NCBI GenBank assembly: GCA_041752695.1
Contig: JBGSVZ010000012.1
Location: forward strand, 32,001 to 96,000
DNA length: 64,000 nt
DNA from: Terrimicrobiaceae bacterium
GTDB lineage: Bacteria; Verrucomicrobiota; Verrucomicrobiia; Chthoniobacterales; Terrimicrobiaceae
Reading direction: 5' to 3'
In this document: one piece after another, positions 40,619 through 50,721 of the stretch
How positions within the stretch are numbered: the stretch's first letter is position 1
How the letters are laid out: each line of letters begins with the position of its first letter
Notes under the pieces: model-generated
What the model saw: the letters and a program-made list of their open reading frames with translations, nothing else
Databases searched by the model: none
Told to the model about the DNA's origin: nothing
Translations under genes and position numbers: made by a program

Positions 40619-41839
40619 TCACGCCTCCCTGATCTGGGTAGGATTCTCCACGATGATCTGCGGGCAGCCGTGAAAATCCGAAATGCGCCCGATCACGCGG
40701 ATCGGCTTGCCGACTAGAGCCTCCGTCACCTCCCGGGCAAAACCCGGGTGCCCGGCCTTCAGCAGCAACACCACCGAAAAATCGTCGTGGTCCACGGCCT
40801 CAAAATTGAGAAACCGGATCGTCCCCGGTTTGTTGTCCCACACCCGCACCACCTTGCCGATGACCGCCGCCGTTTTTCCCAGGGCCTGCAAAAGCCGGCC
40901 GCGCTCCGAGGCCAGGATTTCCTCCATCGGCGCACCCGACGCTTCGGAGCTCCCTTCGCCAGACGCCGGCAGCAACCACTCCAGCCCCGCCAGCGCCTCC
41001 GCCGCGCTGCCAGGCCGTTCCTCCGGGTCCCTCGCCATCAGACACTCCACCCAGGTACAAAGTCCGGCGGACAAATCCGGACGCCTCTCCGCCAAAGGTC
41101 GGTAGTCATGCCGCAAATGCGCATCGATCACCCCCGCCACCGAAACCCCCTGGAACGGCTCGCGCCGCGTCAGGGCATGATAAAAAACGCACCCCAGCGA
41201 ATACAGATCGGTCCGCACCCCCACCGGTTTCCGCTCAAGCTGTTCCGGCGCGATGGTGTACACCGACCCCCTCAATTCCGCCCCTGGGACGAGGAAGGTG
41301 GCTGCCGGATCATCGAGCATCGCGGCCAGTCCGAAATCCAGCAATTTTACCTGGAGCCGCCCCGTGGCCAGAGTCGTCAGCATGATATTCGTGCTCTTGA
41401 TGTCCAAATGCACCATCCCCAGCGCGTGGGCCGCCCCCAGGGCGTCGAGGCACTGTCTGGCCACCTCGCCAAATTCCGCAATCGTCAGCGGCTCGACCTG
41501 GGCCTCCAGGGTATGCCCGCTCAAATACTCCATCACCATGATCACCTCGCGCCGATGCACCAACACATCGTAGACCGTCACGATATTGGGATGCTGCACC
41601 TTCGCCAGCCGCTTGGCCTCATCCATCGCAAACGCCGCGCGCTTCTCCGACTTTCCAACCTTGAGATGAATCCGTTTCACCGCCACCAGGCGTTCGAGCT
41701 GACTGTCATATGCCAGCAACACTTCGCCCGCCCCGCCGCGTCCAATTTCCTCCCGCGGCTTATACCGTCCCCCAATCAAGCCCAGCTTGAGCGAATGCGC
41801 TGGCTCCTGTTTTTTCAAAGATAACTTGATACGTCTCAT
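40619..41839 (-). CDS. Hanks-type Ser/Thr protein kinase with C-terminal OB-fold-like domain
   Basis: GRGGAGEV, VAVK, HLDIKSTN, DFG, APE, DLYSLG; start uncertain. Confidence 0.88.
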   Translation of the reverse strand: MRRIKLSLKKQEPAHSLKLGLIGGRYKPREEIGRGGAGEVLLAYDSQLERLVAVKRIHLKVGKSEKRAAFAMDEAKRLAKVQHPNIVTVYDVLVHRREVIMVMEYLSGHTLEAQVEPLTIAEFGEVARQCLDALGAAHALGMVHLDIKSTNIMLTTLATGRLQVKLLDFGLAAMLDDPAATFLVPGAELRGSVYTIAPEQLERKPVGVRTDLYSLGCVFYHALTRREPFQGVSVAGVIDAHLRHDYRPLAERRPDLSAGLCTWVECLMARDPEERPGSAAEALAGLEWLLPASGEGSSEASGAPMEEILASERGRLLQALGKTAAVIGKVVRVWDNKPGTIRFLNFEAVDHDDFSVVLLLKAGHPGFAREVTEALVGKPIRVIGRISDFHGCPQIIVENPTQIREA

Positions 41840-42002
41840 TCCCTGGGACCCCCTGCAGAATTGTGCACTCCCCGCGTATTTCAAGCCCGAAGGCCAGAAA
41901 GGCGCCTCCCAAGCCCCAAAAATAAGGATCCGGAGCGTTCCTCACGCAATTCGTCACACATTCGGCATTGTCCGCGGCCGGTCCTCCGGCAAGCTCACGC
42001 TT

Positions 42003-43295
42003 GTGAAACCTTTTCTCCTTGCCCTGCTCCTAGCCGCTTCGTCCTCTCCGGCGGCCAACGTGATTTTTATCCATCCCGACGGTGCGGGGGTGTCCCACTG
42101 GCAGGCCGCGCGTTTTCTCCATGCCGGACCCGATGCCGATCTGAACTGGGACCGCCTTCCCCAGATCGCCGTCTATCGCGGCCACATGCAAGACTCCCTC
42201 ACCGCCACCTCCAACGGCGGCGCCACGACCCACGCGTACGGTATCAAAGTCCCGGCCAGCGCCTTCGGCACCGCTGGCCCTGGTGCCGAACGCCCCAAAT
42301 CCGCCTCCGGCAAACCCGGCAGCCTCATGCACGAAGCCATGGCCCGCGGCGTGAAAGCCGGCATTGTGAACTCCGGGAGCATCATCGAACCCGGCACCGC
42401 CTGTTTCCTCGCCAGTGCTGCCAAACGCGACGACTACGCCGACATCACCCGACAAATCGTGGAATCCGGCGCCGATGTCATCCTCAGTGGCGGCGAAGAA
42501 TGGTTTCTGCCCGAAGGTAAAGCGGGCCGACACGCTGCCACCGGAAAACGCACCGACGGACTCGACCTCATCGCCGCCGCCCGCACGGCCGGCTACACCG
42601 TGGTTTTCGATGCCGCCGAACTCGAAGCCGTCCCCGACACGACGAAAAAACTCCTCGGCATCTTCGCGGCCGAAGACACGTTCAACGACATGGGCGAAGC
42701 CGAAATGGCCGCCCTGAAACTTCCCGCCTACAAACCCTCCGCCCCCGACCTCCGGGCCATGACCACCGCCGCGCTCAAGATTCTCTCCCCCGGCCCTTTC
42801 CTCCTCGTCGTTGAGGAGGAGGGCGGGGACAACTTTGGCAATGCCAACAACGCGCATGGCACCCTGGAAGCGCTCCGCCGCGCCGACGAAGCCTTTGGGG
42901 CGGCGCTGGCTTACCTGGAAACCCATCCCGACACCCTGCTCATCACCGCTGCCGACAGCTCCGCCGGAAACATGGATGTCATCGGCCTCGACCCGTCGCC
43001 GGAAAAGCTCGCCCTGGCCAACAATCGCCGCGACAAGAACGCGGCCCCCTACAGCCTTAATGCGGACGGTAAACCCTTTGCTTCAAAACCCGACCGTCAG
43101 GGCAAAGTTCACCAATTTGTCATCAGCTGGGGCACCTTGTTCGACGCCAGCGGCGGGATCGTCGTGCGCGGTGCCGGGAAAAACGCCGAAAAAATCCACG
43201 GGTCGTTCGATAACACCAAAATCTACTCCCTCATGCGGGAAACCCTCTTTCCGGGCGAGGCACCTTCCCCGGCGGAACCGGTCAAATCTCCCTGA
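42003..43295 (+). CDS. Alkaline phosphatase family protein
   Basis: Signal peptide; NVIFIHPDG, ATSNGGAT, VILSGG, DTLLITAAD, DNTKIY. Confidence 0.82.
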   Translation: MKPFLLALLLAASSSPAANVIFIHPDGAGVSHWQAARFLHAGPDADLNWDRLPQIAVYRGHMQDSLTATSNGGATTHAYGIKVPASAFGTAGPGAERPKSASGKPGSLMHEAMARGVKAGIVNSGSIIEPGTACFLASAAKRDDYADITRQIVESGADVILSGGEEWFLPEGKAGRHAATGKRTDGLDLIAAARTAGYTVVFDAAELEAVPDTTKKLLGIFAAEDTFNDMGEAEMAALKLPAYKPSAPDLRAMTTAALKILSPGPFLLVVEEEGGDNFGNANNAHGTLEALRRADEAFGAALAYLETHPDTLLITAADSSAGNMDVIGLDPSPEKLALANNRRDKNAAPYSLNADGKPFASKPDRQGKVHQFVISWGTLFDASGGIVVRGAGKNAEKIHGSFDNTKIYSLMRETLFPGEAPSPAEPVKSP

Positions 43296-43421
43296 GAATC
43301 GCCGCTTCTCGTTTCTCCTTGTCAGCCGGAATATTTTCCCTGTCAGGTCATCCTGTCGCCGGCCGGGCTCTTCGGGCGGAGCTTGCGGCGCGGGCGGGTT
43401 CCGGTTAGGTTCCCTATCGTC

Positions 43422-43652
43422 ATGCCAACGTACATTTATGAAACGATCCCCGAGAAAAAGGGAGGGCGGGTGAAACGGTACGAGATTCGCCAGAGTATCA
43501 AGGATGCCGCTCTGCACGAACATCCCGAGACGAAGGAGCCGATCCGCCGGGTCCTGGCGGATCGCGTGAGTGTGCTCACCTCGTCTTCCTCTTCCGGCTC
43601 GCACGCGCACACCCATTCCTGCGGGTGCGGGGCGGGTGGGTGTGGCCGTTGA
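43422..43652 (+). CDS. FmdB-like small protein
   Basis: MPTYIYE..YEIRQSIKD..HPET..IRRV; His/Cys tail. Confidence 0.7.
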   Translation: MPTYIYETIPEKKGGRVKRYEIRQSIKDAALHEHPETKEPIRRVLADRVSVLTSSSSSGSHAHTHSCGCGAGGCGR

Positions 43653-43659
43653 AACGGAC

Positions 43660-44109
43660 ATGATGCGACGCGGATTGGCAGCGTTGCTGGCGGGCGGGCT
43701 CCTCGCAGGTTGTGCGGCCAAGGAGAAGCCGGCGGCGGAAGCGCCGGTTCCGTCGCCCACGCCAGCTCCCGTGCAGGCCGGCGTCGAACCAAAGAAGGCG
43801 GGATTTTCCCTGGCCTCTCTTTCGCCCTTCCACTGGGTGGCCCGCCTGAGACAAAAGCCAGCCAAACCTCCCCAGGCCCAGGCACCCCAGCTCATCGGCA
43901 CGGTCAAGATGGTGAACAAGGAGGATCATTTTGTCTTGATCGACGCCATCAGCTATGGGGCGACCCAGGCGGGAGACGCCATGGTCTGCATCGTGAACCA
44001 GCGCGAATCGGCGCACTTGCGGGCCAGCGCGCTGCGCAATCCCCCTTTCCTCATTGCTGATATCGCCAGCGGGAGTCCGTCACCCGGGGACAAGGTGTAC
44101 AAACCCTAG
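43660..44109 (+). CDS. Hypothetical lipoprotein
   Basis: Lipobox LLAGC; C-terminal beta-rich domain ending PGDKV. Confidence 0.7.
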   Translation: MMRRGLAALLAGGLLAGCAAKEKPAAEAPVPSPTPAPVQAGVEPKKAGFSLASLSPFHWVARLRQKPAKPPQAQAPQLIGTVKMVNKEDHFVLIDAISYGATQAGDAMVCIVNQRESAHLRASALRNPPFLIADIASGSPSPGDKVYKP

Positions 44110-44166
44110 AGCTGAAACTCAGAGGGGCGCCAATTGACTGGCCTTCCAGCTCGTTGCCGAAAATGC

Positions 44167-44190
44167 AAAAGCCCGGGATTTTCCCGGGCT
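44167..44190 (-). terminator. Intrinsic terminator between convergent genes
   Basis: AGCCCGGGA-TTT-TCCCGGGCT with A-run on the left (U-run on minus). Confidence 0.7.
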
Positions 44191-44218
44191 CAAGCGCTAC
44201 AAATGGGCGATCCGTTGA

Positions 44219-45142
44219 TCAGGACGCAGGGGGTGGCGGAGGGTTCGGCGTGGGCGTAGGGCCGGATTGGTTACCCGTGCTGCCAGTTCCACCCGCAGAG
44301 CCCGCTGAACCTGGGGCAAAGGCGGCTCCCTGGTTAATCACTCCCTGATCTCCCGAGAAGAAAGTTTCTTCCAGTTGATCGGACGCAAAGTTGTTGGCGA
44401 GAACCAAAAATTCAGGGTTTGCGGCGAAGGGGCTGAGAATCCCCGCTTCCACCAAGGCCTGATCGAGAGCCAGAGCCTGCGTAGGCGACTGGTTCGAAGG
44501 AGCACCACCAGCCACGGACCCCTTGAAGTCCCGCTCTCCCACAGGGAAATCGCCAATGGCAAAATCGCGAAGACGACGAACAAGACTGGCGATTGCCACA
44601 TGCTTCATGTCGCGCCCGGCAATACCAATAATGGAAGCAATCAGGGCAGAACGGTCACGAAGTTCATAAGGAAGTCCGCTGATCGCGGCCCGACCCACGA
44701 GGTAACGATCCTCCGCGGAAACCTTCTTGGAGGATTCTTCCAGCAAATCCATGGCAGAGGCCATGATGACAGGAGCATCCGAAGGGTTCTGGCGCACCAA
44801 GGCTGCGGTGGCTGCGGCCAACGAATCCGCGGTCAGCTCGGAACCGCCGGATGTGGCCATGCTTTTGAGCTTTTCCCGGGTGGTGGGATTACCCACCGTT
44901 TCGCGGATGCTGCTCGCGTAGGCTTCTTCCGGGTTGGCAAGCAACACCACATCGTTGCGATACATGGAGACCAGCTCGGAAAGACGGTCACGTCCTAGAA
45001 GTTGGTCGCCATTGGTCGATTCCAAAGGAAAATCCCGCGGAATGGCGATGATGGCAGAAGCACTCTGCAGGGTGGCCGCAATAACGGCGGCCAAGAGTGA
45101 CTTGGTCACTGCCTGGCGGGTAAAAGAGAGTCGATTTTTCAT
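44219..45142 (-). CDS. Secreted hypothetical protein
   Basis: Signal peptide (..QSASA), helical Ala-rich body, Gly/Pro-rich tail. Confidence 0.7.
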   Translation of the reverse strand: MKNRLSFTRQAVTKSLLAAVIAATLQSASAIIAIPRDFPLESTNGDQLLGRDRLSELVSMYRNDVVLLANPEEAYASSIRETVGNPTTREKLKSMATSGGSELTADSLAAATAALVRQNPSDAPVIMASAMDLLEESSKKVSAEDRYLVGRAAISGLPYELRDRSALIASIIGIAGRDMKHVAIASLVRRLRDFAIGDFPVGERDFKGSVAGGAPSNQSPTQALALDQALVEAGILSPFAANPEFLVLANNFASDQLEETFFSGDQGVINQGAAFAPGSAGSAGGTGSTGNQSGPTPTPNPPPPPAS

Positions 45143-45398
45143 GGCGTTTTCGAGTTTTAGAGAGGAGAACTGTGCAATGGGTTGGCGGAATCTCCGTGAG
45201 GAATCAGGCTGGTGGGCGAAGGGAACGACAACTCAGACTCCGTAAGATTCGGGAGCAAGCGTACGGAATGGTGTATTTCGTCTGCCTTCACGTCTCGTTG
45301 AGATCGCCGAAAAGCGCCAGACTGTCAATAAATTACGCATCGGGTTGCCATCGGGGCGACCCCCAGGGCGGGGTCAGGGCAGGTATCAGGCCGGGCGG

Positions 45399-46043
45399 TT
45401 ACTTGTGAAGGATCGCGAGAAGCCAGTCGTGCGCGCCGTTCAGGGTGAGTTGGACACCGATGGTCAGCAGCAGGAAGGCCATGATTTTGGTGAGGGCGTT
45501 GGCCCCATTGACGCCTAATACCCGGAGAACGACGCCCGCCTCGCGGAGGGTGATCCAGCAGGTGGCGCAAACAGCCGCAATACCTGCAACAATACCTCCC
45601 ATCCCGGTGTGAAGCACGGTGGGGTGATACGAACTGAGACTCATCACGACCGCCATACTCCCGGGACCGGCCAGCAGGGGAATGGCCAGGGGCGAAAGGG
45701 AAATATCCGGTTTGGCTTTCGCCTCCGCCTCCTCCTCGGGTCCGTGTGTGTCCTCCTTGCGCGGGGTCATGAGTTTAAATCCCACATGGGCAACGACCAG
45801 CCCGCCGGCAATCCGGACGCCATCGAGGGTGATGCCGAAAAACCGCATCAAAAAATTCCCCGCAACGAAAAAGAGCAGGAGGATCCCCAGCATGTAGAGG
45901 CTGCCCTTGAGGGCCTGGGAGCGGCGGAGGACGCTCTTTTCTCCATCGGTGATGGAAAGAAAGATCGCGGCGTTGCCCAGCGGGTTCGCAATGGGGAAGA
46001 GAGCCGCATAGGTCATGGCAAAGGATTGAAGAAATTCACCCAT
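45399..46043 (-). CDS. MarC family membrane protein
   Basis: NPLGN, RIAGGL, PLAIPLLAGPG. Confidence 0.9.
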   Translation of the reverse strand: MGEFLQSFAMTYAALFPIANPLGNAAIFLSITDGEKSVLRRSQALKGSLYMLGILLLFFVAGNFLMRFFGITLDGVRIAGGLVVAHVGFKLMTPRKEDTHGPEEEAEAKAKPDISLSPLAIPLLAGPGSMAVVMSLSSYHPTVLHTGMGGIVAGIAAVCATCWITLREAGVVLRVLGVNGANALTKIMAFLLLTIGVQLTLNGAHDWLLAILHK

Positions 46044-46197
46044 ACCCGGAAGAGAAAGCGGAAAGCAGAGATGGTGGAAAGGGGAAACCCGGAATCACGG
46101 TGACGGGAAGTCCCCTTCCCCCGGCGCTCCAAATTTTTCCAAGCCCCAGCGTTAATTCGTGTGCATTCCCGGGTTTCCGATTTTAGAACTTTCAACC

Positions 46198-47484
46198 ATG
46201 CAGGTGCTTCGTCCCGAGGATCGCGGTTATGCCGCCGCTTTAAAAAAACTCAACCGCCGTGCCACGCCCGACCCCAAGGTCCGCGACGTGGTATCCGGCA
46301 TCATCGACGCCGTGGGGCAGCGCGGGGATGCGGCGGTCCTGGAATTCACGGAAAAATTCGGCGGCCCGCGGCTGACGGCGTCTCAGTTATATGTCACTCC
46401 CGCCGAGATCGCGGCGGCCCGCGGGAGCCTCGCGACCGACGTGCGCAAGGCCATCCTGGCCGCCCGTACGAATGTGCGGGCCTTCGCGAAACGCAGCCTG
46501 CGCAAAAGCTGGTTTTCCAAAAACAAACAAGGTGCCATCGTGGGCGAGCGGTTTGATCCGTTCCAGCGCGTAGGCATTTATGTTCCGGGCGGGACGGCGC
46601 CCCTGGTTTCGACCGCCATCATGACCTGCACCCTGGCCGAGGCGGCGGGCGTGCCGGAAATCGTGGCCGTGACCCCTGCGGCGAAGGACGGCACGGTTCA
46701 CCCGGCGCTGCTGGCAGCGCTGGCGGAATGTGGGGCAACGGAAGTGTACCGCGCGGGTGGGGCCCAGGCTGTGGCGGCTCTGGCCATCGGGACAAAAACC
46801 ATCCGCCCCGTGCAGAAGATCTTTGGTCCGGGAAATGCCTACGTGGTGGAAGCCAAACGGCAGGCCGTGGGCCATGTCGCGATCGACCTCCTGCCCGGTC
46901 CGAGCGAGGTGCTGGTGATCGCGGACGGCTCCGCGAATGCCGAGTGGATCGCCGCTGATCTGCTGGCGCAGTCGGAACACGGACACGGCAGTGTATCGAT
47001 TTTGCTGACGGACTCCGCCAAAATGCTCGCTGCTGTGGAAAAGGCGGTGACCCGCCAGGTGAAGCTTTCCGCCCGGCCCAAGGAACTTGCCCTCGCCCTG
47101 AAACACGCCGCCCTCATTCTGGTCGAGAACATGGAGGTGGCCGTGCGGCTGGCCAATGAATTTTCCGCCGAGCATGTTTCCATCGCCACCAAGGCCCCGG
47201 GCATGATCGCCGGGCAGTTGAACTCCACCGGCGCCATTTTCCTTGGAGGTCTTTCGCCCGTGGTCGCGGGGGATTTTCTGGCCGGGCCCAGTCATGAACT
47301 GCCCACTGGCGGAGCGGGAAAAAGCTTCCCCGGCCTCACCGTGGACCAATTCCAGCGGCGCACCAGCGTCGTGATGTACGATGAGAAGTCGCTACGCGCC
47401 TCGCTGCCGTATTTGGAAACCTTCAGCCGCATCGAAGGCCTCGACGCCCACGGACGGTCGGCCTCAATCCGGCTGAAACGGTAG
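46198..47484 (+). CDS. hisD: Histidinol dehydrogenase
   Basis: GIYVPGG, GGAQAVAALA, GPGNAYV, GPSE, QSEH, GPSH.LPT. Confidence 0.96.
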   Translation: MQVLRPEDRGYAAALKKLNRRATPDPKVRDVVSGIIDAVGQRGDAAVLEFTEKFGGPRLTASQLYVTPAEIAAARGSLATDVRKAILAARTNVRAFAKRSLRKSWFSKNKQGAIVGERFDPFQRVGIYVPGGTAPLVSTAIMTCTLAEAAGVPEIVAVTPAAKDGTVHPALLAALAECGATEVYRAGGAQAVAALAIGTKTIRPVQKIFGPGNAYVVEAKRQAVGHVAIDLLPGPSEVLVIADGSANAEWIAADLLAQSEHGHGSVSILLTDSAKMLAAVEKAVTRQVKLSARPKELALALKHAALILVENMEVAVRLANEFSAEHVSIATKAPGMIAGQLNSTGAIFLGGLSPVVAGDFLAGPSHELPTGGAGKSFPGLTVDQFQRRTSVVMYDEKSLRASLPYLETFSRIEGLDAHGRSASIRLKR

Positions 47485-47545
47485 GGTTCGGCATACCGCC
47501 CGTGCACGGCGCCCTCCAAGATCCCTCCCACCATTTTTGCCACCC

Positions 47546-48379
47546 ATGATCTGGAAACTCCCGCGTGGCCCGTTCGACCTATCCCGTCGGGGGATGATCA
47601 TGGGCGTGCTGAATGTGACTCCGGATTCTTTTTCCGACGGGGGAAATTTCCTCGACGGTGAGGCGGCCGTGGCGCACGCGCTGAGTTTGGTGCAGGATGG
47701 GGCGGACATCATCGATGTGGGCGGGGAATCCACGCGACCCGGGGCGCTGGCCGTGGGCGTGGAGGAGGAACTGCGGCGGGTCGTGCCTGTCATCCGCCGA
47801 CTGCGCGCGCAGAGTGACGTCCTGATTTCCATCGATACCTCAAAGGCCGAAGTCGCCCGAGAGGCCGTGGCGGCAGGCGCGGATATCATCAACGACGTGT
47901 CGGCCTTGCAGGGCGACCCCGCGATGCCCGGGGTGGCGGCCCAATCCGGTTCGGGCCTCGTTTTGATGCACATGCAGGGAGAGCCGCGCACCATGCAGCA
48001 GAGTCCGCACTACGGAGACGTGGTGGCGGAGGTGGCTGAATTCCTTCGACAGCGTATGGAGGCCCTCGTACGCTGCGGGATGGCCGTCGAAAGCCTTGCG
48101 ATTGACCCGGGAATCGGTTTCGGAAAGAAACCGGAGCACAACCGTGCCCTGCTGCAAAACCTCGAAACCTTCGCGGCCCTGGGCCGTCCCGTGTTGATCG
48201 GCGTCTCCCGGAAATCCTTTCTCAGTTGGCTGGCGGATGCCCCGGCCCTAGCAGATCGTTTCTGGCCCGGTGTGGCACTCACCGGATATGGCCGCGAACA
48301 GGGCGCGCGGATTTTTCGCGTGCACGAGCCCAGACCGCACCGCGAGGCCCTGCGCATGATGGAGGCCATCCATGCTTGA
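47546..48379 (+). CDS. folP: Dihydropteroate synthase
   Basis: MGVLNVTPDSFSDGG, GGESTRPG, DPGIGFGK, SRKS. Confidence 0.96.
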   Translation: MIWKLPRGPFDLSRRGMIMGVLNVTPDSFSDGGNFLDGEAAVAHALSLVQDGADIIDVGGESTRPGALAVGVEEELRRVVPVIRRLRAQSDVLISIDTSKAEVAREAVAAGADIINDVSALQGDPAMPGVAAQSGSGLVLMHMQGEPRTMQQSPHYGDVVAEVAEFLRQRMEALVRCGMAVESLAIDPGIGFGKKPEHNRALLQNLETFAALGRPVLIGVSRKSFLSWLADAPALADRFWPGVALTGYGREQGARIFRVHEPRPHREALRMMEAIHA

Positions 48380-49172
48380 GAACGTCGGAAAATTCATTGC
48401 CGAGCATTGGCGGACCCCGGTGGAGATCGGCATCCTCGCGGCCGTCCTCTATTATATTTACATCTACCTGCGCGGCACGCATGGCGCGCGCATTCTGATT
48501 GGCCTGGCCCTGGTTTTTCTCACCCTCACGTTCATGTCCCAGATCTTCAACCTGGTGGTGATCAGCTGGATTCTCCGCAGCCTGGTCACATTTCTCGCCA
48601 TCGCGTTGGTCGTCCTCTTCCAACCGGAATTGCGCCGGGCGCTCACCGACCTGGGCAGTCATCCCTTTTTCACCTCGGCCTTTGAAAAGCGTGAGACCAT
48701 CGAAGACATCACGGACAGTGTTTTTGAGATCTCCAGCAAGGGATTCGGGGCTTTGATCGCGGTCGAGCGCGAGATCGACCTCAAACAATTTGCGGAGACG
48801 GGCGTGAAAATTGATGCCGAATATTCCAAGGAGCTAGCGCTGACGATTTTTCATCCCAAGACGGTGCTGCACGACGGCGGCCTCATTGTGCGTAACGACC
48901 GGGTAGTGTCGGCGGCCTGCATTTTCCCCCTCACCCAGCGGGAGGATCTCGACCGCAACCTCGGCCTGCGCCACCGCGCGGCGCTGGGCCTGAGCGAAGA
49001 ATCCGACGCCCTTGCCATCGTGGTGTCCGAGGAGACCGGGCAAGTTTCGATTTGTCACAACGGCCTGCTCGAACGCAATCTCACCGTGGACAAATTCCGC
49101 CGGCTGCTCAGCCAGCTTCTTCTTCATCATGACGACAATCCGACAGATTCTGACCAAAGACTGGGGTCCTAA
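48372..49172 (+). CDS. cdaA: Diadenylate cyclase CdaA/DacA
   Basis: 3 TM; FQPELRRAL, LHDGG, GLRHRAA, VSEETG. Confidence 0.93.
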   Translation: MLENVGKFIAEHWRTPVEIGILAAVLYYIYIYLRGTHGARILIGLALVFLTLTFMSQIFNLVVISWILRSLVTFLAIALVVLFQPELRRALTDLGSHPFFTSAFEKRETIEDITDSVFEISSKGFGALIAVEREIDLKQFAETGVKIDAEYSKELALTIFHPKTVLHDGGLIVRNDRVVSAACIFPLTQREDLDRNLGLRHRAALGLSEESDALAIVVSEETGQVSICHNGLLERNLTVDKFRRLLSQLLLHHDDNPTDSDQRLGS

Positions 49173-49290
49173 ACTCGCGTGCCTGCTCCTCGCGACGGCT
49201 TTGTGGTATCTCATTAATCAGACCGTGGAACAAGATCCCCGGCCCGATCGCGTGCTGCCCTCCCTCACGACCAAACCGAAATCTCTATGA
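49129..49290 (+). CDS. Mini CdaR/YbbR-like membrane peptide (53 aa)
   Basis: DWGPKLACLLLATALWYLI resembles the YbbR anchor; overlaps cdaA stop and glmM start. Confidence 0.65.
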   Translation: MTTIRQILTKDWGPKLACLLLATALWYLINQTVEQDPRPDRVLPSLTTKPKSL

Positions 49291-50669
49291 GCGGACAACG
49301 GAAACTTTTCGGCACGGACGGCATCCGGGGCGTCGCCAACATCGAACCGGTCACCGCGGAAACCGCCCTCAAGCTGGGCCGCGCCGCCGCCCATATTTTC
49401 GGCAACTCCGGCGGCCGCCCGCACGACCAGGGAGATCGCCGCACCATTGTGCTGGGCAAGGACACCCGCCTCTCCGGCTACATGCTGGAAAACGCCATGG
49501 TGGCGGGCATCACCTCGCTCGGCGTGGACGTCCTGATCATCGGTCCGCTCCCCACGCCGGGCGTGGCCTTCATCACCCGGTCGCTCCGTGCCGACGCCGG
49601 CATCGTGCTCTCGGCCTCGCACAATCCTTATGAGGACAACGGGATCAAATTTTTCCGCCACGACGGCTATAAGCTCGACGATGTGGTGGAGAAAAAAATC
49701 GAGGACATCGTCTTCAGCGGCGAGATCGAAAACATCCGCCCTACGGCGCTGAAGATCGGCAAGGCGTTTCGCATCGATGACGCGCTCGGACGTTATGTGG
49801 AATATGCCAAACAAAGCTTCCCACGCGGACGCACCCTCGAGTCGCTGAAGATCGCGGTGGATTGTGCCAACGGGGCCGCCTACAAATCCACGCCTTGCAT
49901 TCTGCGCGAACTCGGCGCGGATGTGACCATTTTCCACAACGCCCCCAATGGGACGAACATCAACGCCGACTGCGGCAGCACACACCCGGAGCAGATCCAA
50001 AAGTTCGTCAAGGAAACCGGCGCGCATGTCGGAATCACCCACGACGGCGACGCCGACCGCGTGTTGCTTTGCGATGAAAATGGCGATCTGGTGGATGGCG
50101 ACGAGATCATGGCCATCGCCGCGATTGATTTTCTCAACAACGGCCGGCTGGCCAAAAACACCCTCGTCGCGACGATCATGAGCAATTTTGGCCTCGATGA
50201 AACGCTGGAGGCGCACGGCGGCCGGGTACTCCGGACCAAAGTGGGCGACCGTTATGTGATCGAGGCCATGATGCGCGACGACCTCAATGTCGGCGGCGAA
50301 CAAAGCGGACACATGATTTTCCGCGACTACGCGACGACCGGCGACGGCATTGTCAGCGCGTTGCAAATCCTCCGTGTCATGATTGAGACCGGCAAACCGC
50401 TCAGCGAACTGAAGAAGGTCCTGAAAAAATACCCGCAAGCCCAACGCAACCTCAAGGTGCGTGAGAAGCCTGCCCTGGAAACCCTCACAGGAGTGAAATC
50501 ACTGCTCGACGAGGCCGAGCAAAATCTCGACGGCAAGGGGCGCGTGCTCCTGCGGTATTCCGGCACCGAACCCAAAATTCGTCTGCTCATCGAAGGGCGC
50601 GACGAGGCCCTGATCAACGCCAACGCCGACCGCATCGCCGGAGCCATTCAGGAAGCGATCGGGGCGTAG
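49287..50669 (+). CDS. glmM: Phosphoglucosamine mutase
   Basis: FGTDGIRG, SASHNP, DGDADR, GGEQSGH, RYSGTEP. Confidence 0.96.
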   Translation: MSGQRKLFGTDGIRGVANIEPVTAETALKLGRAAAHIFGNSGGRPHDQGDRRTIVLGKDTRLSGYMLENAMVAGITSLGVDVLIIGPLPTPGVAFITRSLRADAGIVLSASHNPYEDNGIKFFRHDGYKLDDVVEKKIEDIVFSGEIENIRPTALKIGKAFRIDDALGRYVEYAKQSFPRGRTLESLKIAVDCANGAAYKSTPCILRELGADVTIFHNAPNGTNINADCGSTHPEQIQKFVKETGAHVGITHDGDADRVLLCDENGDLVDGDEIMAIAAIDFLNNGRLAKNTLVATIMSNFGLDETLEAHGGRVLRTKVGDRYVIEAMMRDDLNVGGEQSGHMIFRDYATTGDGIVSALQILRVMIETGKPLSELKKVLKKYPQAQRNLKVREKPALETLTGVKSLLDEAEQNLDGKGRVLLRYSGTEPKIRLLIEGRDEALINANADRIAGAIQEAIGA

Positions 50670-50721
50670 GAAAATCTTCGCCGAAACGACGCCGGAGGAA
50701 CCTTGGGGCAAAGGTTCCCGT

